This document shows positions 17,324-26,513 of a DNA stretch of 56,284 nucleotides, in pieces. Position 1 is the stretch's first letter, and every line of letters starts with the position of its first letter. A program made the translations under genes and the position numbers. This DNA comes from an uncultured Bacilli bacterium. Its GTDB lineage: Bacteria; Bacillota_I; Bacilli_A; RFN20; CAG-288. Location of the stretch: assembly GCA_944372245.1 (NCBI GenBank), contig CALVYN010000003.1, positions 1-56,284 on the forward strand, read 5' to 3'. The notes beneath the pieces are model-generated. The model worked only from the letters and a program-made list of their open reading frames with translations, searched no databases and was not told the DNA's origin.

Positions 17324-18104
17324 TCTCGGCGTCCTCTTTCTGGGCGACGTGGTCGGCCGCGTCGGGCGCGTGGCTCTGGCCAAGACCCTGCCTATTCTGA
17401 AGGACCGCTACCAAGCTGACCTTGTCATCGTCAACTGCGAGAACGCGACCCACGGCCGCGGCTGCTCCCACGAGCACTATGAGGAGCTGCTCGCTGCCGG
17501 AGCCGACCTTCTGACCTCGGGCAACCACTTCTATGACATCAAGGCGGTCTTCAACGAGAACCTCGACTGGTCCCGCCTCGTCCGCCCGATCAACCTAGGG
17601 CCCAAGGCGCCCTTAGAGGGCGTAAGGACCATCCGGGTCCGCGGCCGCACCGTCCGGGTCATCAACGCTCTCGGTGCGGTGGAGATGGGCGGCTTCTACG
17701 AGCGCCCCATCCCCGCTATCGAGCGGGCGCTGGCGGCCGGCAGCGCCGACTACACCATCCTCGACCTCCACGCCGAGGCCACCGGCGAGAAGATCTGCAC
17801 CGCCAGGTATCTCGACGGGAGAATCACCCTGCAGGTGGGAACCCACACCCACATCCAGACCAACGACGAGCGCATCCTGCCCAAGGGGACGGGCTACATC
17901 ACCGACCTGGGCTTCTGCGGCCTGGACGAGGGCTGTCTGGGGGCGGAGGCCGAGTCGGCCATCATGCGGACGGCCTTCCAGCTGCCCGTGGCCTTCAACT
18001 ATGTCGAGCATGGAGCCGGCGTGGTCGAGGGCATCTTCGCCGTGCTGGGTCTCGACAATCGCTGCCTCTCGATCGAGAAGGTCCGGGCCCGGGCCGTGGC
18101 CTAG
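17307..18104 (+). CDS. ymdB: YmdB-family metallophosphoesterase (2',3'-cyclic-nucleotide phosphodiesterase)
   Basis: N-terminus LFLGDVVGRVGR and GNH motif. The GTG start lies 8 nt after AGGGAGAG and overlaps the rny end. rny-ymdB synteny. Confidence 0.88.
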   Translation: MRPHDSLGVLFLGDVVGRVGRVALAKTLPILKDRYQADLVIVNCENATHGRGCSHEHYEELLAAGADLLTSGNHFYDIKAVFNENLDWSRLVRPINLGPKAPLEGVRTIRVRGRTVRVINALGAVEMGGFYERPIPAIERALAAGSADYTILDLHAEATGEKICTARYLDGRITLQVGTHTHIQTNDERILPKGTGYITDLGFCGLDEGCLGAEAESAIMRTAFQLPVAFNYVEHGAGVVEGIFAVLGLDNRCLSIEKVRARAVA

Positions 18105-18149
18105 GCCGAAAGCCTCATGTAAGGGGTTTAACATTTGATCTTTTAAAGA

Positions 18150-18178
18150 TTGAATAAAGCAATTTGTAATGTTATAGT
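18150..18178 (+). promoter_or_regulatory. Strong sigma-A-type promoter for spoVS (TTGAAT-17-TGtTATAGT)
   Basis: TTGAAT at 18150-18155, 17-nt spacer, extended -10 TGtTATAGT at 18170-18178. Confidence 0.6.
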
Positions 18179-18208
18179 TAGCGATTGGAAAGGGTTAACA
18201 ATCAATCT

Positions 18209-18571
18209 ATGCAAGCACTTAAAGCCAGTTCTTCGACCGTCATCCAGAAGCTAGCCGGTTCGATCGCGATCAACATTCGTAACGAGGGGATCGTGACCGT
18301 GACCGTGGTTGGAGCCTCCGCTCTCAACCAGGCTCTCAAGGGGTGCATCGTCGCTCGTCGCTTCCTCAAGGACGACGGCAACATGGACATCGTCATCCAG
18401 CCTTCGTTCGTGCCCATCGCCTCTGGCGAGGTTCCCACCAGCACGGATGGCACCGCCGTCACCGGCATCCAGCTGCTGATCAAGAGGGCTCCCATCGAGC
18501 CTCTGCCCGAGGGCGTCGTCCCTCCCGCACCCATGGAGTCCCACTCGCCTGTCGACCCCACTGCGCGGTAA
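18209..18571 (+). CDS. spoVS: SpoVS-family protein with Pro-rich C-terminal extension
   Basis: Aligns by eye with B. subtilis SpoVS (ALKASSST.., VVGASALNQALKGCIVARRF). The ATG at 18209 matches the SpoVS N-terminus, but the SD is weak. Confidence 0.8.
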   Translation: MQALKASSSTVIQKLAGSIAINIRNEGIVTVTVVGASALNQALKGCIVARRFLKDDGNMDIVIQPSFVPIASGEVPTSTDGTAVTGIQLLIKRAPIEPLPEGVVPPAPMESHSPVDPTAR

Positions 18572-18591
18572 GCAACTGAGGTAGTTTCGTC

Positions 18592-20037
18592 TTGAAGGAA
18601 ACGGAGGTCACCTCCGCTCCGGACCTCAAGGAGGCTCGGAAGCGGGGAAGGCTGGCCTCGCGCTCCCAAAGGGTGGCGGACATCAGTCCGTCCCCCTTTT
18701 TATTGACTTGGGGCGCGGGCAAGCACTACTACATCGAGACTTTCGGCTGCCAGATGAACGTGCGCGACTCCGAGATCATCCAGGGTTTTCTCGAGCGGAT
18801 CGGCATGACGCCGACTTCGGATGCCTCGAAGGCTGACTTCGCCCTGTTCAACACCTGCGCCATCCGCGAGAACGCCGAGGACCATCTCTGGGGCGAGCTG
18901 GGCCACATGAAGCAGTACGCCCAGGCCCGACCCGGGATGATCGTGGCCGTCTGCGGCTGCATGATGCAGCTGGAGGTGCCCTTTAGGATCGTGCGCGAGC
19001 GCTATCCTTTCGTGAACCTGGTCTTCGGCACCAACAACGTCGACGCCATCTATCCTCTCTTGGAGGACTGCATCAAGTCGCGCCACCGCGTCCTCAACGT
19101 CGTCTCCAACCCCGGCGCGATCTTGGAGGGTCTGCCCTCCAAGCGCATGGAGCCCCATCGCGCCTTCGTCAACATCACCTACGGCTGCGACAAGTTCTGC
19201 ACCTACTGCATCGTCCCCTTCACCCGGGGCATGCAGCGCTCCCGCCGTCACGAGGAGGTCATCGCCGAGGTGCGCGACCTCGTGCGCCACGGCTACAAGG
19301 AGGTGACCCTGCTAGGTCAGAACGTCTCCTCCTACGGCGCGGACCTGGAGGACAACCCCGACTTCGCCGGCCTGCTGCGCGAGGTCTCCGACACCGGCAT
19401 CGCCCGCATCCGCTTCATGACCTCCCACCCCCACGACTTCACCGATGAGGTCTTCGACGTGATGGCCGAGCGGCCCAACGTCATGCCCTATCTCCACCTG
19501 CCCATCCAGTCGGGCTCGGACCACGTCCTGAAGCTGATGAACCGCTCCTACGACATGGCCAAGTACATGCACCTGGTGGACTTAGTCAAGGCCAAGGTCC
19601 CCGATATCGCTCTGACCACCGACATCATCGTCGGCTTCCCCGGCGAGACCGAGGAGGACTTCCAGCAGACTCTGAAGGCGGTCCGGGACTGCCAGTACGA
19701 CTCCTGCTTCACCTTCATCTTCTCGCCCCGCCCCGGCACGCCGGCCTATAAGATGAAGAACAACGCCAGCCCCGAGGAGATCCAGGACCGCTTCAACCGG
19801 CTGGTGGAGCTGACCGAGAGCATCACGGCCGAGAGAGCCCAGCGGATGGTGGGTAAGACGGTCGAAGTGCTCTTCCTCTATCCCTCGCGCAAGGACAAGA
19901 CCATGATGTCGGGCTACGACCCCTACCAGCATCTGGTCCACGTCAAGGGAGACGAGAGTCTGGCGGGTCAGATCCGCAGGGTGAAGATCACCGCCTCCCA
20001 TGCCCACTCGTTCCTGGGCGAGCTGGCCGATGAGTGA
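18592..20037 (+). CDS. miaB: tRNA-i6A37 methylthiotransferase MiaB (radical SAM)
   Basis: ETFGCQMN, the radical-SAM CxxxCxxC motif (CDKFCTYC) and a TRAM domain. TTG start lies 9 nt after GAGGT. The N-terminal LKEARKRGR resembles the B. subtilis YmcB N-terminus. Confidence 0.9.
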   Translation: MKETEVTSAPDLKEARKRGRLASRSQRVADISPSPFLLTWGAGKHYYIETFGCQMNVRDSEIIQGFLERIGMTPTSDASKADFALFNTCAIRENAEDHLWGELGHMKQYAQARPGMIVAVCGCMMQLEVPFRIVRERYPFVNLVFGTNNVDAIYPLLEDCIKSRHRVLNVVSNPGAILEGLPSKRMEPHRAFVNITYGCDKFCTYCIVPFTRGMQRSRRHEEVIAEVRDLVRHGYKEVTLLGQNVSSYGADLEDNPDFAGLLREVSDTGIARIRFMTSHPHDFTDEVFDVMAERPNVMPYLHLPIQSGSDHVLKLMNRSYDMAKYMHLVDLVKAKVPDIALTTDIIVGFPGETEEDFQQTLKAVRDCQYDSCFTFIFSPRPGTPAYKMKNNASPEEIQDRFNRLVELTESITAERAQRMVGKTVEVLFLYPSRKDKTMMSGYDPYQHLVHVKGDESLAGQIRRVKITASHAHSFLGELADE

Positions 20038-20347
20038 GATCGAGGCGGCTTCCGCGGAGCTGATTGCGGCCTTCAGGCGCGATTGGAGATATCAGAGGGT
20101 CGAGAGATTATCCAAGGCTCTCTTGAATAATCCTGAGTTATCAACTCTCATCTCCCAACTCGAAGCGCTTCAGGCTCAGTGCCGGAAGAGCGAGTTCAAT
20201 CCGCCCGTGAAGGCCGAGATTCTGAAGCGGATCTCCGCCATGAAGAGCAGAGCGCAGGACGATCCGCTCCTGGTCAATCTCCTGGGCGACTACGCCCTTT
20301 TGAGAGACTTGGCTCGCAGTATCCGAGAGGCCATCGAAGAACGTTGA
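20030..20347 (+). CDS. ricA: YmcA/YlbF-family protein (RicA-like)
   Basis: 105-aa helical protein immediately after miaB, as in B. subtilis (ymcB-ymcA). The ATG at 20030 overlaps the miaB stop. Confidence 0.7.
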   Translation: MSEIEAASAELIAAFRRDWRYQRVERLSKALLNNPELSTLISQLEALQAQCRKSEFNPPVKAEILKRISAMKSRAQDDPLLVNLLGDYALLRDLARSIREAIEER

Positions 20348-20374
20348 CAGGGCGCCGCAAGCGCCCTGTTTTTG
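20347..20374 (+). terminator. Rho-independent terminator
   Basis: ACAGGGCGC-cgcaa-GCGCCCTGT 9-bp stem followed by TTTTT. Confidence 0.8.
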
Positions 20375-20501
20375 CTTGGCTCATCATCGCAGTGAAATAG
20401 TGCTTCCTGTGAGGCTTTTAACTCGCACAAAAGAAGAACGTGCGCACGTGGGTTTTATTACCTATAGTGGGTAAAATATGCAGATTAGGAGCACATCTAC
20501 C

Positions 20502-22076
20502 ATGGCAGGAAAGAATATCATCGTCGTCGATGTCGGAACCCAGTCCCTCAGGACCTCCATCGTCTCGGAGGACGGCAAGATCGTCGCCTTCGAGAGGGAG
20601 ATCTATCAGAGCGAGGTCATCACCGCGGGCACCGCTAAGTTCGAGCAGTGGCCCGACTACTACTGGGAGAGGCTCTGCAAGGCCCTCCGCCGCCTGACCG
20701 CCAACCCGCTCTTTGCCGCATCTGCTCCCATCGGCCTGGTGTGCTGCGACTTTCGCGATACCGCCTGTTATCTCGATGCCGACCTCAAGCCCGTGCGCCC
20801 CTCGATCCTCTGGCTGGACTCCCGCACGGCCAAGCTGCCTGGCGATCGCTACCTCTCCAGGATCGACCGCGCCCTCTTCTCCCTCGTGGGCATGATGGAC
20901 ACCGCCCGGGCCAACGCCCGGCGCACCCCGGCCCACTGGCTCAGGGAGAACGAGCCGGAGAACTGGGCCAAGGTGGCTAAGTACGTGCCGCTGGGGGCCT
21001 ATCTCAACCTCAAGATGACCGGCCAGCTCTGCGTTTCGACCGCCGACTGCATCGGCCACTACCCCATGCACTTCTCCAAGGGCGAGTGGTACACCCATAA
21101 GAACATGCGCTGGGGCATCTTCGGCCTGAAGGAGAGCCAGCTGTGCGACCTGGTGCCCGTGGGCTCCAAGCTCGGGAGCATCAGCCGGGAGTGCGCCCAG
21201 GCCACCGGCCTGCCCGAGGGTCTGCCCGTCTATGCCAGCGCCTCGGACAAGGCCTGCGAGGTGATGGGCAACGGCTGCCTCTCCCCCGAGGTGGCCACCA
21301 TCTCCCTGGGCACGGCCTGCACCGTCGACCAGGTGGTCGACTTCTACAGGGACTCCGAGCCCTTCCTGCCGGCGTATCGGGCCCCGGTGGCGGGCTACTA
21401 CGACATGGAGATCCAGATCTACCGCGGCTTCTGGATGCTCAAGTGGTTCGCGGACAACTTCACCTCCGATGACGAGCTGGCGGTGGCCCGGGGCGAGAAC
21501 ATCCCCGTCGAGGCGGTGTTCGACCGGTATCTCGACAGCGTCAAACCCGGCTCGGGCGGCCTGCTGGTCCAGCCCTACTGGGGCGCGGGCCTGTCCCGCC
21601 CCAACGCCCGCGGCGCGATGATCGGCTTCTCCGACGCCGACGACCGGCGCCACATCTACCGCGCGCTGGTCGAGGGCATCACCTACGCCCTGCGCGAGGG
21701 TCTGGAGACTCTGGAGAAGCGGTCGCACCGCCGCGTCGGCCGCCTGATCATCTCCGGCGGCGGCAGCCGCTCCCACGCCATCCAGCGCATCGTGGCCGAC
21801 GTCTTCAACCTGCCCGTGACCCGGGCGGGCACGACTGAGTCGTGCACCCTCGGCGCGGCCCTGGGCGGCTTTGTCGCCTGCGGTGTCCACCCCGATGCGG
21901 CTAAGGCGGTCCAGAGGATGATCCGCCTGGGCGAGACCATCCAGCCCGACGTGCACAACGCGGCCATCTACGAGCGCTACTTCCAGGTGTATCGGGAGAT
22001 CTATCCCAGCCTCAACCACGTCTATACCCAGCTCAAGCATCTGACCAACAGCGAGCCGAAGGAGGATGAGCGATGA
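20502..22076 (+). CDS. FGGY-family carbohydrate kinase
   Basis: N-terminus IVVDVGTQSLR and the two-domain FGGY pattern (..ISGGGSRS..). ATG at 20502 lies 10 nt after AGGAG. The stop overlaps the mutS start (ATGA). Confidence 0.85.
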   Translation: MAGKNIIVVDVGTQSLRTSIVSEDGKIVAFEREIYQSEVITAGTAKFEQWPDYYWERLCKALRRLTANPLFAASAPIGLVCCDFRDTACYLDADLKPVRPSILWLDSRTAKLPGDRYLSRIDRALFSLVGMMDTARANARRTPAHWLRENEPENWAKVAKYVPLGAYLNLKMTGQLCVSTADCIGHYPMHFSKGEWYTHKNMRWGIFGLKESQLCDLVPVGSKLGSISRECAQATGLPEGLPVYASASDKACEVMGNGCLSPEVATISLGTACTVDQVVDFYRDSEPFLPAYRAPVAGYYDMEIQIYRGFWMLKWFADNFTSDDELAVARGENIPVEAVFDRYLDSVKPGSGGLLVQPYWGAGLSRPNARGAMIGFSDADDRRHIYRALVEGITYALREGLETLEKRSHRRVGRLIISGGGSRSHAIQRIVADVFNLPVTRAGTTESCTLGAALGGFVACGVHPDAAKAVQRMIRLGETIQPDVHNAAIYERYFQVYREIYPSLNHVYTQLKHLTNSEPKEDER

Positions 22077-24658
22077 AGAAGAGCGAGATCGAAGAGCGTT
22101 ACAGGAGCTTCGGCGTCGACGTCGACCCGAGCCACTTCACCCCCATGATCAAGCAGTACCTCGAGATCAAGGCGGAGAATCCCGACGTGATCCTGCTCTT
22201 TCGCATCGGGGACTTCTACGAGATGTTCTTTAACGACGCCAAGCTCGCCAGCCAGGAGCTCCAGCTCTTTCTGACCAAGAAGGGGGCGGGCGACGGGGTG
22301 CGCATCCCCATGTGCGGCATCCCCCACCACGCCTATCTGACCTACGCCCAGAAGCTCTTGGACCACGGCCACAAGGTGGCCATCGTCGAGCAGCTGGAGG
22401 ACCCTAAGACCACGAAGAAGCTGGTCAAGCGCGGTATCATCCAGGTCATCACCCCGGGCGCCAACCTGGACCTTAAGACGCCCGACAACAACTTCATCGG
22501 CGCCTTAGAGCAGCAGGGCGGGGCCGTCAGCCTGGCCTACGCCGACCTCTCCACCGGCGAGATCTTCGCCACCAACATCGCCAACGACCCGCGACAGATC
22601 ATGTCCCGGCTGCTGGCCCTCGATCTTAAGGAGCTGGTCCTCTCCACCTCCTACGACGCGAGCTTCATCCAGCTTCTGAAGGAGAACACCAGCATCTGCA
22701 TCTCCTACTGCAACTGCAGCGACGCCACCCTGGAGATGGAGCCGATCTTCGCCAACGTCAAGGACAATCGCCAGATCGCCGCGCTCAGCCGGCTGTTGAA
22801 CTACCTGACCGACACCCAGAAGCGCGAGCTGACCTACTTCAAGCCGGCCCAGGTCATCCTCGACACCGCGGTGATGAAGCTGGACTATTCGACCCTGGTC
22901 AACCTCGAGCTGCTGCGCTCGATGGACGGCAAGCACACCTACGGCACGCTCTTCTGGCTTCTGAACCGCTGCGCGACCCCGATGGGCACCCGCTACCTCA
23001 AGACCGCCATCAGCGAGCCGCTGGCCCAGCTCGAGGGTATCGAGGCCCGCGAGGATGCCATCGACTGGCTGATCGAGAACTACATCACCCGGGCGGACCT
23101 GGCCAAGGCCCTGGGCAACGTCTACGACCTCGACCGCCTGGTGGCCCGCATCGGCTACGGCCAGTCCAATGGCCACGACATGCTCCAGCTGAAGAAGTCC
23201 CTCCAGGCTATCCCCGAGGTCCGCAGGCTGCTGGAGAAGGCGACCGGTTCGCTATTGAATGACCTCAGGGGCGGCATGGCCGACTTCGACAGCCTCATCG
23301 ACCTGCTGGAGCGAGCCGTCAGGGAGGACTGCCCCATGACCATCACCGAGGGCGGCATCTTCAAGGCGGGCTACGACGCCAAGCTGGACGAGCTGGTGGC
23401 GATGACCAAGGACTCCAAGACCTGGGTCGCCAACCTGGAGAGCGCGGAGCGGGCGCGGACCGGCATCAAGAATCTCCGCGTGGGATACAACCGCGCATTC
23501 GGCTATTACATCGAGGTTTCAAAGGGAAACATCCCCGATGTCAAACCTGAATTTGGCTATATCCGCAAGCAGACTCTGACCACCGGCGAGCGCTATACGA
23601 CCCAGGAGCTCCAGGAGCGGGAGACCGCGATCCTCAGGGGCGACGAGATCCGCATGCAGCGGGAGTATCAGCTCTTCCAGGAGCTGCGCAAGCAGGTGTC
23701 GGAGTACACCGCCAGGATCCAGAACCTCTCCTCCTCGGTTGCCCAGCTGGACTTTCTGGTCGCGGCGGCCACCGTCTGCGCCGACAACGGCTACTGCCGT
23801 CCCACCTTCTCCACGGATGGCTCGATCGAGGTCAGGGACGCCCGCCACCCCGTCATCGAGAAGGCCCAGCCCGACCGGGAGTTTGTCGCCAACGACTACG
23901 TGATGGATCCCAATACCGAGGTTCTGATCATCACCGGCCCCAATATGGGTGGTAAATCCACCTATATGCGCGAGTTCGCCCTGGTGGCCATCATGGCCCA
24001 GATGGGCATCCGCGTGCCGGCCTCCTCCTGCCGCCTGCCCGTCTTCGATGCCGTCTTCACCAGGATCGGCGCCTCCGACGACCTGATCAAGGGCGCCTCG
24101 ACCTTCATGGTGGAGATGCAGGAGACCGACCGGGCCCTGCGCGAGGCTAGCGCCAACTCGCTGATCCTCTTCGACGAGATCGGCCGCGGCACGGCCACCT
24201 ACGACGGCATGGCCCTGGCCCAGGCAATCCTGGAGTACGACGTCGCCAAGGTCCACGCCAAGACCTTCTTCTCGACCCACTACCACGAGCTGACCGCCCT
24301 GGCTGAGCGCTATCCCCAGATGCGCAACGTCCACGTCTCCGTCAGCGAGCAGGACGGGAAGATCACCTTCCTCTATCGGGTCCAGCCCGGACCGATGGAC
24401 CGCTCCTACGGTATCAACGTGGCCCAGCTGGCCGGCCTGCCCGACTCTCTGATCGCGCGGGCCAGCGAGATTCTGGCCCACCTGGAGGAGAGCGGGTCGA
24501 AGGTCGACTCCGTGCCCCAGGTCCGCATCGAGAAGGTCTACGAGCCCTCGGGGATCGAGAAGCAGATCAGCAGCCTCGACCTGGTGAACACCTCACCTCT
24601 GGAGGCGCTGCAGCTTCTGTATAAACTCAAGGCGGAGTTGGACAGCAAGTCTAGATAG
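22073..24658 (+). CDS. mutS: DNA mismatch repair protein MutS
   Basis: Walker A GPNMGGKSTYMR, 861 aa. Confidence 0.97.
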   Translation: MKKSEIEERYRSFGVDVDPSHFTPMIKQYLEIKAENPDVILLFRIGDFYEMFFNDAKLASQELQLFLTKKGAGDGVRIPMCGIPHHAYLTYAQKLLDHGHKVAIVEQLEDPKTTKKLVKRGIIQVITPGANLDLKTPDNNFIGALEQQGGAVSLAYADLSTGEIFATNIANDPRQIMSRLLALDLKELVLSTSYDASFIQLLKENTSICISYCNCSDATLEMEPIFANVKDNRQIAALSRLLNYLTDTQKRELTYFKPAQVILDTAVMKLDYSTLVNLELLRSMDGKHTYGTLFWLLNRCATPMGTRYLKTAISEPLAQLEGIEAREDAIDWLIENYITRADLAKALGNVYDLDRLVARIGYGQSNGHDMLQLKKSLQAIPEVRRLLEKATGSLLNDLRGGMADFDSLIDLLERAVREDCPMTITEGGIFKAGYDAKLDELVAMTKDSKTWVANLESAERARTGIKNLRVGYNRAFGYYIEVSKGNIPDVKPEFGYIRKQTLTTGERYTTQELQERETAILRGDEIRMQREYQLFQELRKQVSEYTARIQNLSSSVAQLDFLVAAATVCADNGYCRPTFSTDGSIEVRDARHPVIEKAQPDREFVANDYVMDPNTEVLIITGPNMGGKSTYMREFALVAIMAQMGIRVPASSCRLPVFDAVFTRIGASDDLIKGASTFMVEMQETDRALREASANSLILFDEIGRGTATYDGMALAQAILEYDVAKVHAKTFFSTHYHELTALAERYPQMRNVHVSVSEQDGKITFLYRVQPGPMDRSYGINVAQLAGLPDSLIARASEILAHLEESGSKVDSVPQVRIEKVYEPSGIEKQISSLDLVNTSPLEALQLLYKLKAELDSKSR

Positions 24659-24668
24659 GAGGTGAGAC

Positions 24669-26513
24669 ATGGACCGTATCAGCATCATGCCTTCCAGCCT
24701 GGCCGACCTGATCGCGGCCGGCGAGGTGGTCGAGCGCCCGGCCTCCGCCCTCAAGGAGCTGGTGGAGAACGCCATCGACGCCAAGGCGCAGCACATCTAC
24801 GTCGAGCTGACCGAGGGTGGACTGAAGTCCATCCTGGTCAAGGATGACGGCGTGGGCATGTCCCGCCACGATGCCGAGCTGTGCATCAAGCGGCACGCCT
24901 CCTCCAAGATCCACACCAGCTACGATCTGATGAGCATCCGCACCATGGGCTTCCGCGGGGAGGCTCTCCCCTCGATCGCCGCCGTCTCGACCCTGAGAAT
25001 CGACACCTCCGACGGGGTCGAGGGGACGACGGTAATCGTTGCGGGTGACAAGGAGCCCACCATCCAGGATGCCCCGCTGCGCAAGGGCACGACCGTCCGG
25101 GTCTCGGACCTGTTCTACAACACCCCGGCCCGCCTCAAGTACATGAAGTCGGCCGAGTCCGAGCGGGCGCGGTGCCTCGACGTGGTCGAGCACCTGGCCC
25201 TGGGCTTCGCCGGCGTGGCCTTCGACGTGCGCACCGACGGACGCCAGGTCTTCACCACCACCGGCCGGGGCGACCCGGTCGAGGTCATCCAGCGCATCTG
25301 GGGCGCGGATATCGCGCGCCGGATCATGCGGGTGGAGGTCGACTCCGACACCGACTACTCCTTCGTCTGCCTGGCGGCCCAGCCCGAGGTCAACTACGCC
25401 TCCCGCTACCAGATCATGACCTTCATCAACTCCCGCTACATCTACTCCTACCGCCTGACCAAGGGCATCGAGGAGGCCTATCGCGACCACCTGGCCCCGC
25501 TCCGCTATCCCTTCTGCGTGGTGATGATCACCGCCGATCCGGCTCGGGTCGACGTCAATGTCCACCCCTCCAAGCGCGAGGTCAGAATCTCGGATGAGAT
25601 CAGCCTGGCCGCCTCCATCAAGGCGGCGATCAGGGGCGAGCTCAACCGGGAGAAGCCCGTCTATAGCGACCGGGATACCACCGGCCTGTTGGACCGGCGC
25701 CTGGATGCGGAGAAGAGTGCGGAGACCCCGGTCTCGCCCGCCCCTGCGACCCCCATCTCGCCCAAGCGCACGAGCATCGACGAGATGTACGGAAACGAGC
25801 TTTTAGCCGGCGTCAGCGGCATCGCCTTCCAGGGCAACGACGCCCGGGAGGTCGAGCGGGCCATCAGCCACAACTCCGCCTCAGCGGCTCAGCCCGCCGC
25901 GGTAGCCCAGGTGGAGAAGAAGCCTTCGATCTATGACAATCTCTATCCTCTAGGACAGGTTGCTAAAACCTATATCATCTGCGACTCTCCCGAGGGGATG
26001 TATATCATCGACCAGCACGCGGCGGCCGAGCGCATCAACTTTGAGAAGTTTGAGAAGCTCTTTGAGAACAACATCCACCAGGTCGCCCCGATCGAGCCTC
26101 TGATCATCGAGTTCCCGCCCAGCGTCGTCTCCTCCTTCGACGGGGAGAACTCCGAGCTGCTCAAGCGGCTGGGCCTGGTGGTCGAGCCCTTCTCTCCGAC
26201 CAGCCTCAAGCTGGTGGCCATGCCCGAGTTTCTGACCGATAAGAACTACATGGGCGTGATCAAGGACCTCATCGTCGCGGCGGCCGAGGGGCGCAAGGAG
26301 TCGCCGCTGGATCTGATGCGCAAGGCGGTCTCGACCCTGGCCTGCAAGGCCTCGGTGCGGGCGGGCGACGAGCTCTCGCCCTTCGCCCAGGTGGCCCTCA
26401 TTCGCCACCTGAGCGAGTGCGTCAATCCCGCCAACTGCCCCCACGGGCGGCCCACCGGGGTGAGGATCTCCATCCCCGAGCTGGAGAAGCTCTTCAAGAG
26501 GAGCGGCTTCTAG
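24669..26513 (+). CDS. mutL: DNA mismatch repair protein MutL
   Basis: GHKL ATPase N-terminus (IAAGEVVERPASALKELVENAIDA) and C-terminal endonuclease-type domain. Confidence 0.96.
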   Translation: MDRISIMPSSLADLIAAGEVVERPASALKELVENAIDAKAQHIYVELTEGGLKSILVKDDGVGMSRHDAELCIKRHASSKIHTSYDLMSIRTMGFRGEALPSIAAVSTLRIDTSDGVEGTTVIVAGDKEPTIQDAPLRKGTTVRVSDLFYNTPARLKYMKSAESERARCLDVVEHLALGFAGVAFDVRTDGRQVFTTTGRGDPVEVIQRIWGADIARRIMRVEVDSDTDYSFVCLAAQPEVNYASRYQIMTFINSRYIYSYRLTKGIEEAYRDHLAPLRYPFCVVMITADPARVDVNVHPSKREVRISDEISLAASIKAAIRGELNREKPVYSDRDTTGLLDRRLDAEKSAETPVSPAPATPISPKRTSIDEMYGNELLAGVSGIAFQGNDAREVERAISHNSASAAQPAAVAQVEKKPSIYDNLYPLGQVAKTYIICDSPEGMYIIDQHAAAERINFEKFEKLFENNIHQVAPIEPLIIEFPPSVVSSFDGENSELLKRLGLVVEPFSPTSLKLVAMPEFLTDKNYMGVIKDLIVAAAEGRKESPLDLMRKAVSTLACKASVRAGDELSPFAQVALIRHLSECVNPANCPHGRPTGVRISIPELEKLFKRSGF

